A stretch of 17,450 nucleotides of DNA, taken from Octopus sinensis (Eukaryota). Below, in pieces: positions 1-8,949 of this stretch (the stretch's first letter is position 1; every line of letters starts with the position of its first letter). Both the position numbers and the translations under genes were made by a program. Where the stretch lies: NCBI RefSeq assembly GCF_006345805.1, contig NW_021824777.1, forward strand, positions 1-17,450. The letters run 5' to 3'. The notes under the pieces were generated by a model. That model ran no database searches, had not been told where the DNA came from, and saw nothing but the letters and a program-made list of their open reading frames with translations.

Positions 1-45
1 GCTAGAGGCTAAAGGAACTCTGTGTGTGTGTGCGTATATATATAT

Positions 46-200
46 AATTCGCTGTCTGCTTATTTCCATATGTGCCTTTTTGTTAAATAGCGTAGGCTCG
101 AAACGTAAAAGACTTTCCCACCTTCCCGAGCATCAAACTAATACACCTGCTTGTTTATATACCTGTCTTTGTCTTTTGGTTTTCTGTAAATCTCAACTAT
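46..200 (+). mobile_element. Interspersed repeat fragment, possibly a Penelope-like terminal repeat with a dead hammerhead remnant
   Basis: AGC-GTAG-GCT hairpin followed by CGAAACGTA (99-107). Segment 143-200 recurs inverted at 1240-1300, so the sequence is repetitive. Family assignment is inference. Confidence 0.35.
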
Positions 201-210
201 ATATATATAT

Positions 211-824
211 ACAAATTAATAAATAAAACATATGCATATATACATACATATATTTACGTACCTACATCTACATGTATATATACATGCATACATGGGTACA
301 AGACACCAAAAAAACGTCGAACACAATGAGAAACGAAAACATAAACACAAAACCGAGGAACTGGACATTTTTCTTAAACAACGAAAAAATAGAGTACTGG
401 ACAAATAACACAAGGAAAATTTCCCTTCTTCAGTCGCCATGGTTTCATCTACTCCGCGTTTCGAAGGTGAAGGCGAGACGCGTCTTCGATTGAAACATTC
501 CTTTCCGCGAAAAGCAAATTAAATAAAATTTGAGATTATTTTGCGGAGGGGTAAAAATGGTAACAAAAACAGGACTGTAACGACAGTACAAAATATAAAC
601 AGTAAAAGACAGGACAAGGAGAATAACAGTAACACAGACAAGAAGGGCTGTTAAGCCGAACGAGATAAAATATTACGAACGCTATTTTTGAGAACGGCGA
701 AGGAGCCACAGAAAATGCCGTCTACACTCGGGTGAAGCAAGGTCAGAAAAGACAGTAGTTTCCTCATCGCTAGGTACGTACATATATGTATGTATATATG
801 CATATGTTTTATTTATTAATTTGT
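211..824. repeat. Inverted repeat with 54-bp arms (211-264 and 771-824) around a 506-bp spacer
   Basis: ACAAATTAATAAATAAAACATATGCATATATACATACATATATTTACGTACCTA matches the reverse complement of 771-824 at 53/54 positions, with sharp boundaries. Confidence 0.9.
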
Positions 825-915
825 TATTACACGACAGAACGCACGCATCCATTTCTAAGTAAGTTTGTTCTATCTATATATTATATATATATATTATATA
901 TATATATAATATATA

Positions 916-971
<56 letters not shown>

Positions 972-972
972 T

Positions 973-988
973 GATGTGTGCATGCGTA

Positions 989-1024
<36 letters not shown>

Positions 1025-1169
1025 TGCATGTATGTATATATGTATGTATGTATGTATTTATACGTATGTATATATATATATATTATATATATATATATAT
1101 AATATATAATATATATACATACGTATACATACATACATACATACATATATACATACATGCATACATACA

Positions 1170-1205
<36 letters not shown>

Positions 1206-1221
1206 TACGCATGCACACATC
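973..1221. repeat. Microsatellite-built palindrome centred on an (AT)n tract
   Basis: GATGTGTGCATGCG at 973-986 is the reverse complement of 1208-1221. The interruptions CATG, TATA and TATACG are mirrored in order. The arms differ by 8 vs 10 TATG units and one substitution. Confidence 0.85.
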
Positions 1222-1239
1222 ACACACACATATACATAT

Positions 1240-1300
1240 ATAGTTCGAATTTACAGAAAACAAAGGACGAAGACAGGTGAGGGAACAACAGGCAGGTGTG
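1240..1300 (-). repeat. Second, inverted copy of the 143-200 repeat segment
   Basis: The reverse complement ACACCTGCCTGTTG...ACCTGTCTTCGTCCTTTGTTTTCTGTAAATTCGAACTA aligns to 143-200 at roughly 75-80% identity by eye. Confidence 0.75.
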
Positions 1301-1460
1301 TGCGTGTGTATATATATATATATATATAATATAAATAATATATATAATACATATATGTATATATATATACATATATACACGCATACATAAATACATACAT
1401 GCACACACACACACACATATATGTATGTATATATGAATGTATGTATGTGCGTGTGTGTGC

Positions 1461-1860
1461 GTATGGAAGATTTTGGAAGGACTCGCTTCCAACTTTGGGA
1501 TCTAAATCTACACCAACCACCGTATGGTACCAAAGATCCTGTCTTCTCCATCTAAAGGAAGGACCCAGTACGCTAACAGCTTAATTTTCAAAGGATCACA
1601 ACTTTAGGGATCTGCGAGGTGTGGATGGGGATGTTTTCAAAAATAAACAAAAACATTCGGACTATTTTTATCTTGGGTACCCAATGAACCCATATCGAGG
1701 CAGGAAACACCACGAAGAGCAGTTCTGTCCAACTCGCTACTTTACCAGAAACAGTTTCAGGAAGAAACCAAGAAGGAAGAGTGAAATGAAAACCAATAAT
1801 ATTAAAGGTGGTACTCCAGCATGACCGCAACCTTTACCTGAAATAAGAAAAAGAAAAAGA
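1461..1860 (+). mobile_element. 5'-truncated LINE 3' end (CR1/L2 group): decayed ORF2 C-terminus plus tail
   Basis: Frame-shifted translation [23 protein letters not shown] / RDLRGVDGDVFKNK / SWVPNEPISRQETPRRAVLSNSLLYQ, with TGA at 1782-1784. The tail GGTGGTACTCCAGCATGACCGCA (1807-1829) is followed by an A-rich end. Homologous to 7437-7665. Clade is inferred from motif recall. Confidence 0.8.
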
Positions 1861-1879
1861 GAGTGAAATAGATAAATAG

Positions 1880-2071
1880 ATAGAGATAGAGATAGAGAGA
1901 GGCAGTGAGAGAGAGAGGCAGTGAGAGAAAGAGAGGCAGTTAGAGAGAGAGAGGCAGTGAGAGAGAGAGAGAGAGGCGGTGAGAGGGAGGTAGTGAGAGA
2001 GAGGCAATGAAATGAAGTGAGAGAGAGAAAGAGAGGTAGTTAGAGACAGAGGCAGTTAGAGAGAGACGCAG

Positions 2072-2103
<32 letters not shown>

Positions 2104-2105
2104 GG
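1880..2105. repeat. (GA)n minisatellite with about ten GGCAGT-like interruptions
   Basis: Repeating units of (GA)n plus GGCAGT/GGTAGT/GGCGGT from 1901 to about 2073. Confidence 0.9.
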
Positions 2106-2635
2106 GGAAAGTTAAAGATAACGAAATAGACGTAAACTGAAATAACTACGAAAGGAAGAAAGCCTCAAAGAGTCAAAGAATGGTGGAGGGAAGAAGAGAG
2201 AGAAGGGAGAGAAAGAAGGAGAGAAACATTGTGTGCGTGTGTGTGTGTGTGTGTGTGCATGTGCGTGTGTGTGTGCGTGTGTGTGTGTCGGTGCAATGAC
2301 GAATCCTGACGAAATACTTTTCTATTTGAATATCAATAGAAACATACTTCAAAGAACTCTTCTGTTTCTGGAGTCTTCTTTTCTAATAACCCTTTAAATG
2401 AAATCTTGATTAAACAATGCGAAATGCGAGGGAACTGTTCAATGGAGATTCGTTAGTGATTAAGGTAGTTTTAAAGAAATATCTTCCAAGACAACGAGCG
2501 TGGATTCTTGATAAAAGTGAGTCATACGTATGTGGTACTGTCTTTGGACGTCTCCCACCTGAACTTTACGTTAAGACCTTTAGCGACTCACCAATGAACA
2601 GTTGCTGGTTCTTGTTGCAAAAAGACGATAAGCGT

Positions 2636-2900
2636 AAATAAATAGCAATAAATAAATAAATAAATAAATAAATAAAAATGAGATGCATAAAAAAAAATTT
2701 TGAAAAAGCGTAAAAGGAACAATGCAAAAAATAAAAATAAAAATGATAAGAAAAGTATAAATAAAAATAAAATGAAATAATTAGAAACGAAAAGCAAGTA
2801 AATAAAATGGAGTGAAGTAAGATAAAATGAAAAAAAAGATTGAAAGAGAATATAATAAAATGAAAGAAAAAGGGAATGAAAGGAGTTGGTAGAACGAGAA
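2636..2900. repeat. (AAAT)n and A-rich low-complexity tract
   Basis: Direct reading. Confidence 0.85.
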
Positions 2901-3259
2901 CGAGGCTGTGGTATTCATTATAGCACGCGATTTGTAATGGAGTAAGATAAAGATTAGTGAGAGTGATTGAGTGAACGAGAGACGGGAGAGGGAGAGAGAG
3001 AGATAAAGGGAGGGAGTGGAGAAATATGTGTCAATAGAGGGAAGATTTAGAGAGAAGAGAATTTTAGATAAAGGGATTAGGAAAAGAATATGGAGAAGGG
3101 AGAGAGACAAATGAAGCACATGTATGTGTGTGTGTGTGTTCGTGAAAGCGTGTATGTCATAGAGAGAGCGAGAGAGCTAGAAAGATATTTATACCTACAT
3201 GCATGCATACATATACGCACACGTATATACATACATGCATGTCACTACATACACATACG

Positions 3260-3297
<38 letters not shown>

Positions 3298-3298
<1 letters not shown>

Positions 3299-3328
3299 AT
3301 ATACGTGTATGTATGTGTATATATATAG

Positions 3329-3368
<40 letters not shown>

Positions 3369-3399
3369 CTATATATATACACATACATACACGTATATA
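3298..3399. repeat. Perfect 102-bp palindrome centred on (AT)12
   Basis: CGTGTATGTATGTGTATATATATAGATACATAC (3304-3336) is the exact reverse complement of 3361-3393. The centre 3337-3360 is (AT)12 and symmetry extends to 3298/3399. Confidence 0.9.
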
Positions 3400-3445
3400 T
3401 ATATATCTATATATATATATATATATACACAATATAATATATACA

Positions 3446-3488
<43 letters not shown>

Positions 3489-3529
3489 GAGAATAGTTAA
3501 AAAATATTGTTTTATTAAAATATTTAAAG

Positions 3530-3566
3530 CTTTAACCGGTTTCACAGTTTCCACTGATTTTCAAAA
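3530..3566 (-). ncRNA. Candidate variant minimal hammerhead ribozyme at the PLE 3' end
   Basis: RNA reads UUGAAAA-U-CAGU(GGAA)ACUG-U-GAAAC-CG-GUU-AAAG: U3/A8 core, 4-bp stem II with GNRA loop, palindromic AACCGGUU stem III. Stem I is only 2 bp and the stem II closing pair is U-U. Confidence 0.45.
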
Positions 3567-3689
3567 TGTTGAAATAGAAAGACGTGACTTATGTCGCAGC
3601 AGTCTTGCTTCTGGCTAGTGTTTGAAGCTTGTCCTGTTTTTATAGGGAATTCATGGCTCAAATTAGTATATGTTTTGAATAGCATTTGA

Positions 3690-4005
3690 TTGGTAAAGGA
3701 TAGTCACATGACTGGTCTTTAAAATGTTGTAGGTTGTCCGCTACGTCCGTGTTTTAGTATTAAATGACAATGTTTGGCATCGTAAGTTAAGACCGACGCG
3801 GTTTACTGAACATGTCTAGTGACAGTACTAAATAATCAATGTTCTGAATATTTTCTGTCAAATGTTTGTAAAGAATGAACACATGATTAAGTTTAGCACG
3901 TTTTGTACGTTTCCCGCTACGTCCGTGCGTTAGTGTCACGTGACAATTTATTTTGCGCCTAAAATGAAGGCCGACACAGTTGAGTGATCATTTTAGTTAC
4001 AATCA
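3690..4005. repeat. Diverged tandem duplication with a period of about 176 bp
   Basis: CCGCTACGTCCGTG at 3738 and 3914, CACATGA at 3705 and 3880, CCGAC at 3793 and 3971. Confidence 0.7.
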
Positions 4006-4161
4006 AGGTACTCTAAATTTAATCTGCCAGGTGGAAGAGTGGACAGGAGTCGTTTCTATGTGGTCCAGTAGCTAAATTTTAGGCTGTTAGCTGTGTAGGT
4101 TCCTTATGTTAAGTGGCAGAATGAATTATATGTGTGGATAGTTATTTGTGTATCTATTCTG

Positions 4162-4710
4162 CTAAAGTTTGCTAAGTCTTGGTTTGTACTTTTGTATGAA
4201 AGTATTTTTTTATCCGTCAAATGTAAATAATCTAAAGCATTTTTTTGTTTATCCGTGCTTCAACTGTGGTAATCACTGAACATAGGAAAAGTGGGAATAC
4301 CTGGAATATGGGAGAACTTATTTTTTGCACATATGTCTATGTGTCCACTCAGTGGAATCTGTCTAGTGCTGGGCTCTAATATTTGTTGTTGGTGAATGGT
4401 CAGTCTATTTCTTAGAGGTAAACTTTGTTTGACCTATGTAATCTTCATTAGATCCTTGACATTTGACAACGTATATTAAATTCCATGAAGAACACGTAAA
4501 GTGATTTTTTATAGTAAAAATCTGTCCCGATTTGAATTTGTATGTTGTTCCTTCAATAAGGTTGATGCAAGTCTCGCAATTGGGGCGGCCACACTTTTTG
4601 ACTGTTAGTGTAAGAATTATGGAAAGCAATTCAGCACTCGTGAGGAAATTTTTGAGGGAGTTTGATTGTCTTTTACTATTGATTATTTTGTGTGTTTGGA
4701 GTGCATCAGT
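4162..4710 (-). pseudogene. Penelope-like linker, Zn-knuckle and GIY-YIG endonuclease remnant
   Basis: KIINSKRQSNSLKNFLTSA..KKCGRPNCETC..FTIKNHFTCSSWNLIYVVKCQGSNEDYIGQT, then after frameshifts PLRNRLTIHQQQILEPSTRQIPLSGHIDICAKNK / PIFQVFPLF..EARINK / KYFIQKYKPRLSKL* (TAG at 4164-4162). NLIY..YIGQT is the GIY-YIG signature, and CxxxxCxxC before it is typical of Neptune-type PLEs. Confidence 0.88.
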
Positions 4711-4825
4711 TGGCCACACTTAGGAATCCATTCTGTAAGTGTAATGACTGTTGCTTCTGACTGGATGGAGTTTCTGAGAAATAGTGGGGGGAAAAGATGG
4801 GTGATGAGCTTAGCCAATAAAATTG

Positions 4826-5012
4826 GTACCAATACTTATTTTTAAAGATTGATACTTATTCTATCGAGTCTCCTTTGTGGAACCGTTAAGTGAAAGGGAC
4901 GAATACAAATCGACACCAGTTGTCAAGTGGTGGAAAACACACACACACTGAGACACGCACATAGACACACATACACGCAGACACAAACACACACAGACAG
5001 ACACATACACAC
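4826..5012 (-). mobile_element. Degenerate SINE family A fragment (3' half)
   Basis: TACTTATTCTATCGAGTCTCCTTTGTGGAACCGTTAAG..CACCAGTTGTCAAG aligns with 14950-15030 and 14350-14425, followed by the internal (CA)n tract. Confidence 0.65.
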
Positions 5013-5543
5013 ACTGGGATAATAGGGAATAAGTTGTACGACCATCTTGAAAGAAATGAATTGTTAGCAGATGAAGAGAAAGGCTGCAGAAAGGAACCAC
5101 GAGGAACAAAGGATCGTTTGCCGATCATTTGCAAGGTCATGTGCTGTTTATCTTGATATGAGATCCCCATGTCGTGCACATATGGTTGTGATAAATGTGT
5201 CTGGTGTACCCTTATCAGACGGGTAGCTATTATAGGTATATTGGACTTCCTAAGAACTGATAAGGCAATTCTTAGGAACTGCCGAAGAAGGTTGACAAAT
5301 CTGTCAATGTCTTGGATTGACTACTAGAAGGTACATATTATGTTTCTTCATTTGGAGATTCTGAAATGCCTTGAGATGATCAGGAGAGCGAAAAATTCGA
5401 TCTATTTGTTCAAAAATAGTAAGAGAAAATGGAAGATACTTTTGACTGCAGGTGGAAGAGAAATTGGACAAGTCGACATCAAGAGAGGAATCTTTTAAGG
5501 AGACCCGGTGTCACTCTTACTGTTCATTGCTTGTATGTTATCC
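5013..5543 (+). pseudogene. Non-LTR retrotransposon reverse transcriptase fragment, Dong/R4-like
   Basis: One frame from 5016: GIIGNKLYDHLERNELLADEEKGCRKEPRGTKDRLPI [insert] DKAILRNCRRRLTNLSMSWIDY*KV..ILKCLEM..WKILLTAGGREIGQVDIKRGIF*GDPVSLLLFIACM. Stops at 5325 and 5496. It matches the RT motifs GCRKxxRGTKDQLLIDK, WIDYxKAYD and RGIFQGD. Confidence 0.85.
5128..5255 (+). mobile_element. Insert in the RT fragment; partial copy of the 5617-6489 repeat
   Basis: 5129-5249 vs 6318-6438 is about 88% identical (about 14 mismatches in 121 nt by eye). It separates RT codons LPI and DK. Confidence 0.85.
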
Positions 5544-5616
5544 GGATGGAGCTGAGACATGACAAACACATAGATAAACCAGGAGAAGTTAAGTGAATAA
5601 AAATACAAATAATAAA

Positions 5617-6489
5617 GGCCTTGATGCAGTACCAGGCAGTGGCTCTCATGGCTTCTGATCTTAACTGATTGGAAGTGTTAACATGTATATGTTTTTGTCT
5701 TGGTATAAAAGATGGGCTACAGCAAATATTCTCAATACCATAGATTTACTTGTCAGTTCCTAGACCTTAGCCAGTTGAGAATGTCCCTTAGTGGCCGACA
5801 ATATGTGAATCTCTGATCATGAGCAGAAGTAATGGAGTATCATAACCATGTGTTGAGAGGGATTCTTTGGGGTTTCAATAATTCACCTCTGGGAACACGG
5901 GTGTTTCGTTCAACATCCTTAACACATAAAGCGCGACGGGCCACGATAGTGGCCGTCAGGCACAGGTCAACAGGCCACGATCGTGTCCCAGATAGATGCA
6001 TTTAATTTATGGGCGTTTGTTGGGGTCTAATGTCACTCAAACTCTCCAATAGCCCTGAGAATGCGAGAGGGCTAATAGTTCAACTAATAACTTTTCAGAT
6101 GATGTAAAACTTGCCACCATTATATACTAAGAAGATATTTTAAATATTTTTTGTTTTTTTATGTGTGCATGGTAGTCTCATTTTCATAAAATGTGCTCAG
6201 CAGTCCATGCTATGTCAGTGCAAATCCCAGCCCTCTATGGGTCAAGCAACTCTTATTCATGAACCTTTTGAGCAGGATAGGCCACTCAACCTGAAGAGAA
6301 TTCTAATTTGGCCTCACCTGCAAGGTCATGCGCTGTTTATCTTGATATAAGATCACCATGTCGTGCACATATGGTTGTGATGCATGTGCCTAGTGTACCC
6401 TTATCAGACGGGTAGTCATGATTGGTATACTGGGCTTCGTATATTTATACCCCAGGGTCACTTTGATGGCATGTGCCGCTGTCTCATTC
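5617..6489 (+). mobile_element. Unclassified interspersed repeat bounded by AAT runs, interrupted by a MITE
   Basis: AATAATAAA at 5608-5616 and (AAT)n from 6490. A second partial copy lies at 5128-5255. No coding signal. Continuity across the MITE and orientation are inferred. Confidence 0.5.
5923..6241. mobile_element. piggyBac-like non-autonomous element (319 bp)
   Basis: Flanked by TTAA (5919-5922) and TCAA (6242-6245). Terminal inverted repeats CACATAAAGCGC / CCCATAGAGGGC match 9/12. Subterminal palindromes GACGGGCCAC-GATA-GTGGCCGTC (5935-5957) and GGCCACGATCGTGTCC (5973-5988). Confidence 0.6.
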
Positions 6490-6573
6490 AATAATAATAA
6501 TAATAATAATAATAATGATAATAATGGTAATGACAAAAACAACAACAACAACAACAACAACAACAATAATAAT
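6490..6573. repeat. (AAT)n/(AAC)n microsatellite
   Basis: Direct reading. Confidence 0.95.
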
Positions 6574-6692
6574 GGTTTCAAATTATGGCATCAGGCCGGC
6601 AATTTTGAGGAAAAGGTTAAGTCGATTACATTGACCCCAGTGCTCGACTAGTACACATTTTATCGACCCCTAAGGGATGAAAGGCAAAGTCG
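6574..6692 (-). mobile_element. SINE family B fragment (3' part, head missing)
   Basis: AAGTCGATTACATTGACCCCAGT..TATCGACCCCTAAGGGATGAAAGGCAAAGTCG matches 9184-9257. Confidence 0.8.
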
Positions 6693-6745
6693 TCGTCATC
6701 ATCATCATCATCATCATCGTTATCATCATCATCGTTATCATTATC

Positions 6746-6793
<48 letters not shown>

Positions 6794-7060
6794 GTCATCA
6801 TCATCGTCGTCGTTGTAATCATCATCATCATCCTCGTCATCGTCGTCGTCGTCGTCATCATCACCATCGTTGTCCTCGTCGTCATCGACATCATCATTAT
6901 CATGATCATTATCGACATCATCGTCATCGTCGTCGTCGTCGTCATCATCATCATCTTCGTCGTCGTTGACATCATCATCATCACCATCATCATCATTATC
7001 ATCGTCATCGTCATCGTCGTCGTTGTCATCATCATCATCATCATCATCGCTATTATTATT
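6689..7060. repeat. About 370-bp (ATC)n/(GTC)n trinucleotide block
   Basis: Direct reading. It explains the poly-I/V, poly-M and poly-S ORFs. Confidence 0.95.
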
Positions 7061-7220
7061 AGTCTTATTGTTATTACCATACTATCATTTTTATCATTTA
7101 AAAAAAATTATGTTAATTTTTTTAAATACACTTATTGGTATTACAATGACTTTACTGTTACTTTCATTAGTATTATCAGCGCTACCATTGTTATTAATCA
7201 TTCTTCCACTGCTTGCTTAC

Positions 7221-7265
<45 letters not shown>

Positions 7266-7399
7266 CATTACATTTGTAAACAAACGCGAAAGGCTGGGGT
7301 TAGCTGATCATTTTTCAGTCGTTTGTATCAAAAGATTCTTGCTTTAAATCGGAGAATATGATATTATGTGATATTATATTATGTTATATATACACCAAA

Positions 7400-7430
<31 letters not shown>

Positions 7431-7436
7431 ATATAT

Positions 7437-7665
7437 AACCTCCCGAAGGACCTGAGAGACCTGCATGGACCTCTTCCTGTCAGGTGTCCCAGATGAACCA
7501 ACTTCACGGTAGGAGGTGCAGATGAGGCCATCTGCATCAAACTCTCTCATGCACCAAATGTCAATTGCTAAAAAGCATTCGTGAAGTAAAATCATGTAGC
7601 AACACCGAATGGCAGTGCCCCAGCATGTCACAGCTCGTGAGCTGAAAGATGAAATGAAATGAAAA
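7437..7665 (+). mobile_element. 5'-truncated LINE 3' end (CR1/L2 group), second subfamily
   Basis: LPKDLRDLHG / LFLSGVPDEPTSR*EVQMRPSASNSLMHQMSIAKKHS* (TGA at 7582-7584). Tail GGCAGTGCCCCAGCATGTCACAGCTCGTGAGCTGAAA (7611-7647), then (GAAAT)n. Confidence 0.8.
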
Positions 7666-8018
7666 ACTGAATATATATATATATATATATATACTATATA
7701 TAGAATATATATATATATATATATCGATATTTATGCTTCTTATACTGTGTGTCTATGTCTATGCATATATTTGATGATGATGATGATGACGAAGACGACG
7801 ACAATGATGATGAGATCTTAATCAGATGATGAAAAAGGCCTGAATTCAATGAAGTACTTAGTACAGAGTAGAATATTTAGAAATAGAATGTGTGTGCGTG
7901 AATACGCACACATACACATACATGCTTGTGTATATAAATGCAAATAGAGACGAACACATAGTTATTCATGGATGTGTTGTTATATAGGAGTTTAAGAAAC
8001 GTTTGATAAATCTACAAT

Positions 8019-8108
8019 ATCTATCTATCTATCTATTTTAACTATCTATCCATCTATCTATCTACCTGTCTATATATCTACCTATCTGTCTGATTGTCTG
8101 TCTGTCTA

Positions 8109-8166
<58 letters not shown>

Positions 8167-8313
8167 AGTCTGTCTGTCAGTCTGTCCGTTCGTCCGTCCC
8201 TCTGTCTCTCTGTCTGTCTGCCTATGTATGTATGTATGTATGTATGTATGTATGTATGTATGTATGTATGTATGCATGTATCTATCTATCTATCCCTCTC
8301 TCTCTCGAATCAC

Positions 8314-8409
<96 letters not shown>

Positions 8410-8480
8410 CCTCTCTTCCCTCTCTCTTTCAATCTCCCTCTCTCTCTCCCTCCCCATCTCTCCCCCCTCTCTCTATCAAT
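8019..8480. repeat. Compound (TCTA)n/(TCTG)n/(TATG)n/(TC)n microsatellite
   Basis: Direct reading. Confidence 0.95.
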
Positions 8481-8949
8481 CTGCTTACCTATTACTTTCC
8501 CCTTCCGCTTCGTCTTCGTTATTTCATATTCATGCTCCACCAAATGTTAGCTACTCCAGTCTATGTATATAAATATACAACACAAAAACAGCCGCGATAC
8601 AATGCGGAGCCAGCAACAGGTAAAATTTAGTTTTCCAGATCAATAAACATCTCTTAGTACATTCTCTGTCTTCCTAGATCTCTTTAAAATGTGTGTTCGG
8701 GTTGAATCTGTATTTAGATTCCATTTGTAGACAAAATAAAGAAGCTAACGAACTAACAAACGTACAAAATAGCAATTGAGACACCAGGAGTAGAAAAAAA
8801 AACATAGAAAATATCTTTTCAAGTAAACTTTAATCTCCATGTTAGTTTTCTTTTTGTTGTTGTCTTTTCTTTGAATCAACTGCAGTAGCAACAGTAACAA
8901 TAACGGCAACGACAACGACGATGACGACGACGCTGATGATGATGATGAC

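Larger units (their letters stand above)
3500..4710 (-). mobile_element. Penelope-like element 3' part (probably Neptune-like), decayed
   Basis: GIY-YIG ORF remnant at 4710-4162, then about 660 nt of putative 3' region ending in a hammerhead-like motif (3566-3530) and AATAAA (3516-3511). The left boundary is inferred. Confidence 0.7.

Noticed and set aside
420-495. Permuted hammerhead on the minus strand (CGAAACGCG..CTGAAGAAGG)
   Set aside because: No stem I can form next to the core, and no GAAA follows the hairpin after CUGAAGA.
786-1551. YI/CV/HT-rich ORFs here and throughout the window
   Set aside because: They are dinucleotide and tetranucleotide repeat translations with no domain content.
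1621-1824. 67-aa ORF as a gene
   Set aside because: It crosses a frameshift within a decayed LINE ORF2 C-terminus.
2417-2641. 74-aa ORF and GTGAGT donor-like sites (plus strand near 2518, minus strand at 2591)
   Set aside because: No recognisable peptide and weak acceptors. It cannot be distinguished from chance without RNA data.
5617-5680. HDV-like or hammerhead ribozyme at the start of the AAT-bounded repeat
   Set aside because: I could not build the P1/P2/P3 pairings or a complete hammerhead core.
6670-7307. Long ORFs (200 aa poly-I/V, poly-M, poly-S)
   Set aside because: They are translations of the (ATC)/(GTC) microsatellite, which lacks stops by construction.
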